A stretch of 64,000 bases of DNA, taken from assembly GCA_963847705.1 (NCBI GenBank), contig CAWKBC010000030.1:416001-480000 (forward strand). Reading direction: 5' to 3'. Shown here in pieces: positions 43,119-52,195 of this stretch; the stretch's first letter is position 1, and every line of letters begins with the position of its first letter. A model generated the notes under the pieces. That model was not told where the DNA came from. It did no database searches and saw nothing but the letters and a program-made list of their open reading frames with translations. Source of the DNA: an uncultured Pseudomonadota bacterium. GTDB taxonomy: Bacteria > Myxococcota_A > Polyangia > Fen-1088. The translations under genes were made by a program, and so were the position numbers.

Positions 43119-43348
43119 CTGTCCGAGGCTACGGCGGATTCCGCCCGCTGCCAACGACCGGCGCCCTCCGGTTTTCAGTGACTCGGAGGACTGTGGCCGC
43201 GCGCGCGATCACGCGGAGCGAAGGGCTCCTTCCAGGGGCCGTCCATCCCCGGGGCGTGGCTGAGCTTCCGGCGGGCGTCCGTTGGTCGGTCCGATCGGGG
43301 CTGGATCGTCAGCACGTCAATGAATAGGGATCAGCCAAGGAGGCGACC

Positions 43349-43790
43349 ATGAACGAGGATCTCACCGCCAAGGCCAACGTCACGATTCACGCGCCGATAG
43401 CAAAGGTGTGGGACGCCCTGGTCAATCCGCAGGTGATCAAGCGCTACATGTTCGGCGCGACCGCGGTGTCCGACTGGAAGGAAGGGAGCCCCATCGCCTG
43501 GAAGGGCGAATGGAAGGGCAAGCCGTTCGAGGACAAAGGCCGCATCCTCGAGCTTCGACCGGAGGAGCGGCTGCGATACAGCCACTTCAGTCCTCTCTCC
43601 GGAGCTCCCGACAAACCCGAGAACTATCACCAGGTCACCATCGACCTTTCGGAGCAGGAGGGCCAGGAGGACGGAGTCCGGCTCGAATCTCTCCCAGGAC
43701 AACAACAAGACCAAGGAAGCGCGCGACGAGTCGCAGCGAAATTGGGCGATGATGCTCGAGAGCGTCAAGAAGGTGGTCGAGCAATCGTAG
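43349..43790 (+). CDS. SRPBCC/AHSA1-domain protein; 1-nt frameshift near 43686
   Basis: KVWDALVNP...YMFG...SDWKEGSPI; removing one A at GAATC 43685-43689 gives LSQDNNKTKEARDESQRNWAMMLESVKKVVEQS*. Confidence 0.82.
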
Positions 43791-43915
43791 CGGTCTGTTC
43801 GTTGCCAAGCATACCGGCGTCGCGTACTGTCTCCCTACCGGAAGGGCCGTCACGGAGGGGCCGTCCGGGTGATCGGCCAGCATAGCGACCTGGTGGACCC
43901 CGTCGAGAGGACACC

Positions 43916-44311
43916 TTGGAAGATCTGGCCACACCGACTGTCGAGACCGAAATCCCCGCGCCTGTCCGTCACGTGGCGCCGCGCCCCAACTGTCAGATCG
44001 CCTTCGTGGGTACCACCGCCAGCGAGCCTCCGCGGGCGGAGGTGTACGCCTGGCTGGCCAAGTTGGGACTCTTGACCGCGTCCATGACCGAGGGGCGCGT
44101 GGTGATCGAGGCGGTCGATCAAGACCACAAAGAGCGGCGCTATCGGGTTCGGATGGACCTCACCATGCCACACGGGGTCGTGACCGTCGGCCACGATCAT
44201 CCGAACAACGGGGCGCACGAGGACATCTACGTGGCCATCCGCAACGCCTTTCGGGCGGGGCGGCGCGAGCTCGAGGCCTATTCGCTGTCCCAGGGCGCGC
44301 CCGCGAGGTGA
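43916..44311 (+). CDS. HPF/RaiA (S30EA)-like protein
   Basis: YRVRMDLTMP...HEDIYVAIRNAFRAGRREL resembles the ribosome hibernation factor fold; start uncertain. Confidence 0.65.
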   Translation: MEDLATPTVETEIPAPVRHVAPRPNCQIAFVGTTASEPPRAEVYAWLAKLGLLTASMTEGRVVIEAVDQDHKERRYRVRMDLTMPHGVVTVGHDHPNNGAHEDIYVAIRNAFRAGRRELEAYSLSQGAPAR

Positions 44312-44469
44312 GCACGAACGACCGGCCGGTCGTCGAGCTGGATCAACCCGCTGCCGGCCTGGCGCGCCAGGTGGTCTGGCCCGGGGAGGTCCCGACGGAA
44401 TGAACAAGATCCCGCCCGCCCCTGGCGCCGGCTGCTAACATCCAAGCGGCGCGTGCCGCGGGAGCGACC

Positions 44470-45927
44470 ATGGCCCAGCTGACCAGCATTCTCTCGAAAC
44501 ATCCCGACGATGCGGCGCCGGGCGCGCCCGTGGCCGTCACCGAGGTTCGTTCCCGCCCGCGCCCCGCGCCGACCTCGCTGGCGGGGTGGGGCAACAACCT
44601 GCGCGCCGACTGCCTGTTGGCAGAGCCCGAGCTTCCGGGCGAGGTGATGGCCTCTCTCGATCGCGCCGGGACGGTGGCGCGCGGCCTCGGGCGCAGCTAT
44701 GGCGACGCCGCGCTCAACGGCGGCGGCCAGGTGCTGGGGCTGCGCAAGCTCGATCGCTTCCTGGCCTTCGACGAGGCGACCGGCACCCTGACCTGCGAGG
44801 CCGGGGTGAGCCTCGACGAGATCATCCGCAGCTTCGCGCCGCGCGGCTGGTTCCCGATGATCACGCCGGGGACCAAGTTCGTGACCGTGGGCGGCTGCAT
44901 CGCCAACGACATCCACGGCAAGGCGCACCACGTGCAGGGCTGCTTCAGCGCCTCGGTCGACGCGCTGACGGTGTTGCTGGCCAGCGGCGCGGTGGTCGAG
45001 GCCACGCGCGAGATCAACAGCGACCTCTTCTGGGGGACCTTCGGCGGGATGGGGCTCCTCGGCGTGGTGCTGACGGCGACCATCCGGCTGCGCCGCATCG
45101 AGACCACCTACTTCCGACAGCGGTCGATCAAGGTCGGCGATCTCGCCGAGATGCTGGCGGCGCTCGACGAACAGGACAAATCCTTCCCTTACTCGGTGGC
45201 GACCATCGACGTCCTGGCGACCGGGGCGCGGCTGGGGCGCGGGGTGATCACCGTCGGCGATCACGCGCGGCGGGACGAGCTGCCGCCCAGCTTCGCCGCC
45301 GACCCGTTGCGCGTCTCGGGGCCGCCCAAGGTGACCGTCCCCTTCGAGCTCCCCGAGCTGACGTTGAACCGACTCAGCATCCGGGCGGTGAACGCGTTCA
45401 TCCAGCGGACGCAGGCATCCGCCGCCCCGTTTGGCCACTACGAGGGGTTCTTTTACCCCCTCGACAAGATCGCGCACTGGAACCGTGGTTATGGCCGGCG
45501 CGGCTTCACCCAGTACCAGTTCGTCATCCCCTTCGCCGACGGTCTGCCGCGCATGCGCGAGATCCTGAGCGCGATCCTCTCGGCGGGCGAGCTGCCCTTT
45601 CTCAACGTGCTCAAACGGTTCGGCCGGGAGAGCGGCGGCGTGCTGTCATTTCCCTGCGACGGCTACACACTGGCCATCGATTTTCCGATCCGCGCCAACA
45701 CGGTGGCGCTCTTGCGGCGGCTCGACGCGATGGTGCTCGCCGCCGGCGGCCGCGTCTATCTGGGCAAGGACGCCTACCTCCAGGCGGCGACCTTTCGTGC
45801 CATGTACCCGGCGCTCGATCGCTGGCTGGCGATCAAGGCCAAGTACGACCCGGAGGGCGTCTTCACCTCCGACCTCGGACGCCGGGTGGGCCTGGTCCCT
45901 GCGACCCCGGGTGGCGCGCGCTCTTGA
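44470..45927 (+). CDS. FAD-linked oxidase, DprE1-like (prenylphosphoryl-ribose 2'-oxidase family)
   Basis: RGLGRSYGDAA, PGTKFVTVGGCIANDIHGK.HH, WNRGYGRRGF.QYQF, FLNVLK, GYTLAIDFP, GGRVYLGKD. Confidence 0.88.
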   Translation: MAQLTSILSKHPDDAAPGAPVAVTEVRSRPRPAPTSLAGWGNNLRADCLLAEPELPGEVMASLDRAGTVARGLGRSYGDAALNGGGQVLGLRKLDRFLAFDEATGTLTCEAGVSLDEIIRSFAPRGWFPMITPGTKFVTVGGCIANDIHGKAHHVQGCFSASVDALTVLLASGAVVEATREINSDLFWGTFGGMGLLGVVLTATIRLRRIETTYFRQRSIKVGDLAEMLAALDEQDKSFPYSVATIDVLATGARLGRGVITVGDHARRDELPPSFAADPLRVSGPPKVTVPFELPELTLNRLSIRAVNAFIQRTQASAAPFGHYEGFFYPLDKIAHWNRGYGRRGFTQYQFVIPFADGLPRMREILSAILSAGELPFLNVLKRFGRESGGVLSFPCDGYTLAIDFPIRANTVALLRRLDAMVLAAGGRVYLGKDAYLQAATFRAMYPALDRWLAIKAKYDPEGVFTSDLGRRVGLVPATPGGARS

Positions 45928-45929
45928 TC

Positions 45930-46823
45930 ATGCCGGCGGTGTGGTCGGTGGCGCTGCTCGCGGTGGTCTCGGCCCCCGATCACGCGGCCGCTCCCTCCTC
46001 GGTGGCGCCGATCGCGCCGGCAGCGCTGGCCAGTTCGCCGAGGTCCGCCTCTCCGCCCCAGATGTGCGTGCATCGGTCTGGGGGGAGCCGGGCGGCGAAG
46101 GCCCTCCCCACGTATGTCACCGTCGTCCCTCAGGGCGGAGGAGCACCCCAGGAGCTCGGAGCGGTGATGTCCAGGGAGCTCAAGTGCTTCCTGGTCCCGA
46201 GCGGCTCCTTCTCTGTCCGGTTGAACAACCACAGTCTGGCGAGCGCACCCCCGGACGCACCTGCAACGGACGTCTGTGCCAATCGGATCGAGGTCTCCGG
46301 ACTGCGGGCAGGCTGGATCCAGGTCTCGCTGCACGCCCAAGGGGGAAGGCCAGGCTGTCCGTGGACCGTCAGGTCGAAGGTCGGCTCCGGACCGCTGCCG
46401 ACCATCGCTCCGCGCAACGCGGAGATGGTCGAGAAGGACTTCGTCGTCTTGCCCGCCATCACTTCGTACACCGAGGCGCACCAGGTCGCGCGCACGGCCG
46501 CGCGCCGCCTGGGGCTCAAGCTCGATCTGCGGCGCGCGCGTCCGGATGGTTACGGACGCCTCACGTTTCCGCCCGCCGACTGCAAGGCCAATGGCCGGGT
46601 GTATCCCTGCTTCGTGTCGCGCGGCCGGCAGGACGACGGCACCTACGTCAGCGTCGATCTGGCTGACCGGTTCTTCGACAACGAGGCCCGGGGCTATCTG
46701 GTCATTCTGGGCAGCGGGCCGAAGGACGATCCCTCCACCCGCGCGCTGGCGGAGAAGGCCCGATCGCTCTATCCGTTGGCCGAGCTCCGCACCGACGACG
46801 TCTGGCAGGGCCGCATTCGCTGA
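45930..46823 (+). CDS. Secreted hypothetical protein
   Basis: ATG 2 nt after upstream stop, hydrophobic N-terminus, paired Cys, plausible codon usage. Confidence 0.65.
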   Translation: MPAVWSVALLAVVSAPDHAAAPSSVAPIAPAALASSPRSASPPQMCVHRSGGSRAAKALPTYVTVVPQGGGAPQELGAVMSRELKCFLVPSGSFSVRLNNHSLASAPPDAPATDVCANRIEVSGLRAGWIQVSLHAQGGRPGCPWTVRSKVGSGPLPTIAPRNAEMVEKDFVVLPAITSYTEAHQVARTAARRLGLKLDLRRARPDGYGRLTFPPADCKANGRVYPCFVSRGRQDDGTYVSVDLADRFFDNEARGYLVILGSGPKDDPSTRALAEKARSLYPLAELRTDDVWQGRIR

Positions 46824-46875
46824 GAGTTGTCGAGTTCGGTCGCCGGCGATGACTGCGCGGTAGAGTTCGTTCGCC

Positions 46876-47346
46876 ATGGAGCACAGCTACAAGCAGATCT
46901 CCGCTATCGACCTGCCGCTCTTGAAGTCCCTCCTCGCGGTCTTCGGAGAGGCGTTCGGAGAGCCCGACACTTATCAAGGCGCGGTGCCGACGGATGCGTA
47001 CCTCGAGGCGCTGCTCCGCAAGCCCCATTTCATCGCGCTCGCGGCCCTGCGCGGCGAGGAGGTGGTCGGCGGCCTCGCCGCGTACGAGCTGGAGAAGTTC
47101 GAGCGAGCGCGGAGCGAGATCTACATCTACGACCTCGCGGTGCGGGAGGCGGATCGCCGAAAAGGGGTGGCCACCGGCCTCATCCGCGCGCTGGGGCGCA
47201 TCGCGCAGGAGCGCGGCGCCCACGTCATGTTCGTGCAGGCGGATCGGGGAGATGATCCCGCCATTCGGCTCTACGAGTCCCTCGGCACGCGCGAGGATGT
47301 CTACCACTTCGACATCGCGCCGACCGATCGCGGCTCCGCGCGCTGA
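46876..47346 (+). CDS. aac(3)-I: AAC(3)-I family aminoglycoside N-acetyltransferase
   Basis: FGEAF...TY, FIALAA, VVGGLAAYEL.KFE.ARSEIYIYDLAV...RRKGVAT.LI, FVQAD.GDDPAI.LY.LG.REDV.HFDI: the full family signature. Confidence 0.9.
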   Translation: MEHSYKQISAIDLPLLKSLLAVFGEAFGEPDTYQGAVPTDAYLEALLRKPHFIALAALRGEEVVGGLAAYELEKFERARSEIYIYDLAVREADRRKGVATGLIRALGRIAQERGAHVMFVQADRGDDPAIRLYESLGTREDVYHFDIAPTDRGSAR

Positions 47347-47360
47347 TCGCGCCTTCTGTC

Positions 47361-47588
47361 TCAGGCGGAGCGTTCGCGGTCGTGGCGGAGGGCCCCGACC
47401 GCGTGGTGGCGCTTGGGGCAGAGGTAGATGATCGCGCCGCGCGGATCGCCTTCGAGCCGCGCGTGGGGACGACCGAGCTGGCCGCACACCGCGCAGCGCA
47501 AGCGCCCGGCGCCGTCCCCTGGCAGGAGCGGAAGGTGGGCTGCGCGCGGTTCAGGGCAAAGCGTGCAGGCGGCTGGAGATGCGCTCAC
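47361..47588 (-). CDS. Small Cys/His-rich (zinc-ribbon-like) hypothetical protein
   Basis: CTLC, CAVC, LCPKRHH; TACCCT 6 nt before GTG. Confidence 0.45.
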   Translation of the reverse strand: MSASPAACTLCPEPRAAHLPLLPGDGAGRLRCAVCGQLGRPHARLEGDPRGAIIYLCPKRHHAVGALRHDRERSA

Positions 47589-47646
47589 CGCACCAGGGTA
47601 GATCACCTGCGCGTCGGGCGGCTGATTTTCGCTTTCGGGTCGCCGC

Positions 47647-47973
47647 TCAGTCACTCTCTGGCGCGCCTCGCCTCTCGGCGTTGGCGTGGTCCGGCACGCC
47701 ATGGTCTTGCGCCCCTTCGGTCGTCTGGGTGCTCGGGTTGACGGTGTCTCCCGTGCTTCGCGCCTCCGCCGCCGCGTGGTCGGGGACGCCGGCCGGCGGC
47801 TCAGGGGTCGCGGTCGACGTGTCTCCCACGCTGCGCGCCTCGGCCGCGGCATGATCCGGAACCGTCCCCGTGTCCGTACCGCTGCTTCCGCTGTCGGCGA
47901 AGGCCATGCTGGGCAGCAATCCCACCGCCCCGCTGAGGATCGCCGCCCGTAGCTTCGCGCTGATCGTCGTCAT
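47647..47973 (-). CDS. Small secreted repeat protein
   Basis: AAGGAG RBS, signal peptide ending AFA, three VPDHA(A/N)AE repeats. Confidence 0.7.
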   Translation of the reverse strand: MTTISAKLRAAILSGAVGLLPSMAFADSGSSGTDTGTVPDHAAAEARSVGDTSTATPEPPAGVPDHAAAEARSTGDTVNPSTQTTEGAQDHGVPDHANAERRGAPESD

Positions 47974-48126
47974 TGCTCAGCTCCTTGCTGGACCGGCCTT
48001 CCGAAGGCCAGGGTCTCACCTGAGATTTAAGGGCGGCCACCCGCGAGGCAAGCACGGCCGAGGCGCGGCGGCGGCCGATGAACGAGGCTTGCCGAAATCG
48101 ACGCCGCGAGCGTTCTGATCGCGGTC

Positions 48127-48310
48127 ATGAAACCGCGGATCACCTTCGTCACCCTCGACGTCGACGACCTCGAGCGCTCGCTGGCGTCTTTACCGTGACG
48201 GTCTGGAGCTGTCGACGCAGGGGATCATCGGCCAGGAGCTCGAGTACGGCGTGGCGGCTTTTCTCGAGCTCGAGGGCGGGCCCCACCTCTTCGGCGGAGG
48301 CGCTGTAGCG
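48127..48310 (+). pseudogene. VOC/glyoxalase-family remnant, frameshifted and truncated
   Basis: MKPRITFVTLDVDDLERSLA, then in another frame YRDGLELSTQGIIGQELEYGVAAFLELEGG; similarity then lost. Confidence 0.7.
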
Positions 48311-48591
48311 GACACGCCGGGGCGGACACGCTGCCGGGCCTTCCGAACGTGTCGTGTCACGAAGGGTGCCGCCGTCATCAAACTGTTTTCTGGCGGGCGT
48401 AACGGTGGAACGCGATTGGCTTTTTCCGACGAGAAGCAGGACTTCCCGAAACGGCCGGGGACACGTCAGGAACCCCGCGATTCTCCTCGATTTCCTCGCG
48501 TTCAATTATGGGGCAAGATACTGGCCGACTCTGGTAGAGAGTCGGGTCGGACGGCGACCTCGAAGCCTAACCTTAGCCCCCAGGAGTACGC

Positions 48592-49842
48592 ATGCCCCGA
48601 TCGAGATTGATCCTCGCCAGCAGCTCTCTCGCTGTGCTGTTTTCCTTCGCTGGGTGTGCCGCGCCTGCTTCCGGAGGTGGGGGGACGGGCGGTTCGTCTT
48701 CTTCCACAGGCGGATCGACCGGCACGGGTGGTTCGTCCGCGTCGACGGGCGGGACGACCGGCAGCGGCGGTTCATCCTCCACGGGCGGGAGCACGGGGAC
48801 GGGCGGTGTGCAGACGACATCGACGGGCGGGACGACGGGCAAGGGTGGTTCGACCGGCACGGGTGGTTCGACCGGCACGGGTGGTTCGTCCTCGTCGACG
48901 GGCGGATCGACCGGCTCGGGCGGTTCGCCCGCCACGGGCGGCTCCACGGGGACGGGCGGCACCACCTCGTCGTCCACGGGTGGCAACCCCGGCACGGGCG
49001 GCACGATCGTCGACCAAGGCGGGATGCCCCTGGCGAAGCCTGGCGCCACCACCAGCACCTCGAATGCCTATTTGAATCTGGGCGACATGCGCCTGCTCAA
49101 CAACCGCTGGGGCTCCATCGATCTGAACTGCACGAACGCGCAGCAAAGTGTCTTCGTCAACAGCGACAAGACGATCGGCTGGAGCTTCAACCGGGGGAAC
49201 TGCGGTGAGCAGAACCACGCCAATCCGGACTTCCCCGAGGTGGAGTTCGGCGTGGCGCCGTTCGGAAAGACGAGCTCGCTGCTGACGTCGCCAGCGTACT
49301 CGTCGACGACGCTGCTGCCGATCCAGCTCTCGGCCCTGACGAGCGCCAGCGTCACGATGGACAACTTCTCGACGACCTTTTCGAACCCGACATACTGGGA
49401 CGCCAACTTCGAGTTCTGGATCAGCAAGAACGATCCGACCACGAACGACGACGGCGGTGTCTACGCGGAGATCATCACCTTCGTGGGATGGAACAGCACC
49501 CGGCAGACCGGCGCCACCACCAGCTGGGCCTGCCAGATCAGCGGAAAAACCGTCCCCAACAGCAACTTCTCGCTCTGTCACCAGAGCGACACCTGGGCCA
49601 GCGGGTGGCGCTTCTTCAACTTCCTCGCCGGCAGCGGGACGAGCAACTACTCCGGCAAGGCGGACGTCAAGGCGATCCTCGACTACGTCAGGAGCCAGTA
49701 CAGCGGGTTCACGGACAGCATGTACCTGACCCGTATCGAGGTCGGCACCGAGATCGACGACAACACCGCCGGCTCGTCGAAGACGAACAACCTGACCTTC
49801 GAGGTCAACGGCGTCTCCAAGTCGATCCAGCTCGGGAATTGA
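48592..49842 (+). CDS. Lipoprotein with Gly/Thr/Ser linker and GH12-like (endoglucanase-type) domain
   Basis: Lipobox FAGC, long GGSTGTGG linker, LNNRWG, NFEFWI, AEIITFVGW, IEVGTEI. Confidence 0.72.
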   Translation: MPRSRLILASSSLAVLFSFAGCAAPASGGGGTGGSSSSTGGSTGTGGSSASTGGTTGSGGSSSTGGSTGTGGVQTTSTGGTTGKGGSTGTGGSTGTGGSSSSTGGSTGSGGSPATGGSTGTGGTTSSSTGGNPGTGGTIVDQGGMPLAKPGATTSTSNAYLNLGDMRLLNNRWGSIDLNCTNAQQSVFVNSDKTIGWSFNRGNCGEQNHANPDFPEVEFGVAPFGKTSSLLTSPAYSSTTLLPIQLSALTSASVTMDNFSTTFSNPTYWDANFEFWISKNDPTTNDDGGVYAEIITFVGWNSTRQTGATTSWACQISGKTVPNSNFSLCHQSDTWASGWRFFNFLAGSGTSNYSGKADVKAILDYVRSQYSGFTDSMYLTRIEVGTEIDDNTAGSSKTNNLTFEVNGVSKSIQLGN

Positions 49843-49847
49843 TCCAG

Positions 49848-49870
49848 GCGGGCCCCCCCAGGGGGCCCGC
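49848..49870. terminator. GC hairpin between convergent genes (possible bidirectional terminator)
   Basis: Perfect stem GCGGGCCCCC-CCA-GGGGGCCCGC 5 nt after the stop; no U-tract. Confidence 0.6.
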
Positions 49871-49893
49871 GTTGGCCCACGTCCCCGTGCGAG

Positions 49894-51201
49894 CTAGCGG
49901 GCCGTGCGGACCGTGCGGTCTATTGATCGCAGCATGATGACGACGACGAGCATCGCCGCCACGACCACGTAGCCGAGGAGGTCGTAGTGCGCGAGGGAGC
50001 CGCTCGGCGCCTGCACGACGATCAGGCCCGCGACGGCCGCGCCCACGCCGCCCGCGGCCTGCTGCACGGACGAATTGACCGACATGAACGAGCCGCGGTG
50101 CGCGGGATCGGGCACACCCGAGATCAGCGCCGACGCCGAGATCATGCGCGAGGTGACGCCGACGAAGAGCAGCACGTTGATGGCGATGACCCAGGGCAGC
50201 GCGGTGTGACCGAGGTGGGTGTAGATGAGGACCATGACGATCGTCAGCGCCGTTCCCGCGCAGAAGAGGCGATACTTGCCCAGCTTGTCGCTGAGGCGCC
50301 CGACGAAGGGTCCGCTCACCAGCGTGCAGAGCCCGGTCACGAGGTAGATCGTCGGCAGCTGCGCGAAGGTGATGCCGAGGTTGTTGATGGTGAACGTGCT
50401 GCCGAACGGCATCAGCATGAAGCCGCCCGTCGCCAGCAGGGTCGTCGTCGCAAAGGTCTGCAGGTAGCGGGGCTGCGAGACGGTGCGGAAGAGGTGGACG
50501 AACGGGTTGCCCTCACGCTGCAATTTGAGGTGGGCGTCGATCGGCCGGAGGCGCGCGAAGATGAGGCCGCCCGCGACCACGGTCAGCCCGACGATCATGA
50601 GGAACGGGGCGTGCCATCCCCAGCGGTTCGCCAGGTAGAGACCGAGCGGCAGGCCCAGCACCTGGCTGGCGGCGAACGAGGTCTGCACGACCCCCATGAC
50701 GCGGCCACGCATGTTGAGCGGAAAGAGGTCGGTGATGATGGCCATCGAGATCGAGCCGATGACGCCGCCGAAGACACCGGTGACGATGCGCGCGGCGAGC
50801 AGCAGCTGATAGGTCGGCGCCAGGCCGCAGAAGAGCGTCCCCCCCGTGAAGCCGGTGTAGAAGAAGAGCAGCAGCTTCTTGCGATCGAAGCGGTCGGCGA
50901 ACCCCGCGGCGAGCAGGCCCGAGAGCGAGGCGCTGAAGGCGTAGACCGACACGACCAGGCCGAACTTCTTGGTGGGGAGGTGGAGATCCCGCAGCAGGAT
51001 CGCGCCCAGCGGCGAGATGATCATGAAGTCGAGGATGATCGTGAACTGCAGGAAGGCGAGCATGCCGACCACGAACTTCTGGTACGACGAGAAGGTCGGC
51101 GGCGGGCCCGGCTGCGGGCGGGCCGGGTGCGGCGCGGCCGTTTCGGGAGCAGGGGGGGGAACGGAAATGGGAGCGGGGACGGAGGCGGGATCGTTGCTCA
51201 T
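49894..51201 (-). CDS. MFS transporter (drug/metabolite efflux type)
   Basis: About 12 TM; motif A GFADRFDRK; RGRVMG; GRLSDKLGK. Confidence 0.92.
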   Translation of the reverse strand: MSNDPASVPAPISVPPPAPETAAPHPARPQPGPPPTFSSYQKFVVGMLAFLQFTIILDFMIISPLGAILLRDLHLPTKKFGLVVSVYAFSASLSGLLAAGFADRFDRKKLLLFFYTGFTGGTLFCGLAPTYQLLLAARIVTGVFGGVIGSISMAIITDLFPLNMRGRVMGVVQTSFAASQVLGLPLGLYLANRWGWHAPFLMIVGLTVVAGGLIFARLRPIDAHLKLQREGNPFVHLFRTVSQPRYLQTFATTTLLATGGFMLMPFGSTFTINNLGITFAQLPTIYLVTGLCTLVSGPFVGRLSDKLGKYRLFCAGTALTIVMVLIYTHLGHTALPWVIAINVLLFVGVTSRMISASALISGVPDPAHRGSFMSVNSSVQQAAGGVGAAVAGLIVVQAPSGSLAHYDLLGYVVVAAMLVVVIMLRSIDRTVRTAR

Positions 51202-51914
51202 GAAATTGCTCTTTTGTCCGGATGCTTGGATGAACGGTGGGTTGAATGGGTCGCGGGACGAGTCACAGAACGGGTCGCGGAATGGGCTTTGGCGGCCGGT
51301 CTGGCCAGCGCCGCGCCCGTGGGCGGGGTGAGCGCCTTGACGACCAGGTCGAGGGTCTGGTCCATCAGCTTCTCGTCGAGAACGAAGCGGGGCGTGCCCG
51401 AGAGCCCGCGCCCATGGAGGTGGAACTTCAGCAGCTGGTAGAGCGGCGCGAACGCCACCGACCAGTAGACCTCGACCGGGACGCGCACCAGCTCGCCGCG
51501 CTCGATGGCGCCGCGACAGAAGGCGCGCATCGCCTCGATGAAGTCACGCCCCTTGCCCGGCTCGTCGTGCGAATGAAATGGCGAGTGGCGAATCTGCTCC
51601 AGGAAATGTGCCTCGCGCGGGTTCTCCAGGCAGTAGCGGGCGCGGTTCTTCCACTGGACGCGCAGCCCGACGGCCAGACTCGCCTCAGGGTCGAAGCCCT
51701 CGAGCGTCGCCTCCGCCATCTTGCGGCTCTCCTCGCGGTAGAGGCTCAAGATGAGGTCGTCTCGATTTTCGAAGTAGATGTAGATGGTCGCCGGCGAGAC
51801 GCCCACCTCCTTGGCGAGCTTCTGCATGCTGAGCCCATCGAACCCGTGGCGCACGATCGTGGCGAGCGCCTTGTCGCGGATGGCCCGCTCCTTGTGGGGA
51901 TCGCGTGTGCGCAC
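51198..51914 (-). CDS. TetR/AcrR-family regulator
   Basis: HGFDGLSMQKLAKEVGVSPATIYIYFENRDDL HTH; overlaps the MFS start. Confidence 0.92.
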   Translation of the reverse strand: MRTRDPHKERAIRDKALATIVRHGFDGLSMQKLAKEVGVSPATIYIYFENRDDLILSLYREESRKMAEATLEGFDPEASLAVGLRVQWKNRARYCLENPREAHFLEQIRHSPFHSHDEPGKGRDFIEAMRAFCRGAIERGELVRVPVEVYWSVAFAPLYQLLKFHLHGRGLSGTPRFVLDEKLMDQTLDLVVKALTPPTGAALARPAAKAHSATRSVTRPATHSTHRSSKHPDKRAIS

Positions 51915-51923
51915 GTCGCATAA

Positions 51924-51949
51924 ATAAATGAACGTTCATTTATAGTCAA
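51924..51949 (-). promoter_or_regulatory. TetR operator and promoter
   Basis: Perfect 20-bp palindrome ATAAATGAACGTTCATTTAT (51924-51943) fills the spacer after -35 TTGACT (51944-51949); 17 nt to TATTTA, then 6 nt to GTG. Confidence 0.85.
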
Positions 51950-52165
51950 GGACCGCCGCCGGCGCGCAGGACCGGGCGGTGAGAGTGGAACGCCAGGCAC
52001 GGCCGACCTGGCGGACTGGACCCCATCGACGTTGAACGAAGCGCCTCCGACGTTGGCGCGGTCGACATTTCGGAAATCGGAGACCACCCTCCGAAAATCG
52101 GAAGACCCGCGGGCCCATACCCCAAGAATTCTCGGCGTTTTGAAGGGAGCCCTGGATACGTGAGG

Positions 52166-52181
52166 TGGCGCACGAATTGCT
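52166..52181 (+). promoter_or_regulatory. Sigma54 (-24/-12) promoter
   Basis: TGGCGC-ACGAA-TTGCT with correct GG/GC spacing; 21-bp-period direct repeat CG(G/A)AAATCGG upstream at 52070-52101. Confidence 0.65.
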
Positions 52182-52195
52182 TTTGGGGCCGGCCC

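Noticed and set aside
46823-47400. Integron cassette around aac(3)-I
   Set aside because: No RYYYAAC/GTTRRRY-bounded palindrome seen and no integrase in the window
48406-48421. Possible sigma54 promoter TGGAAC-N5-TGGCT upstream of the GH12-like gene
   Set aside because: Correct spacing but mismatched in both boxes and ~170 bp from the start; too weak to call
48670-49005. GGCACGGGTGGTTCG-type repeats
   Set aside because: Ordinary Gly/Thr/Ser linker of a lipoprotein
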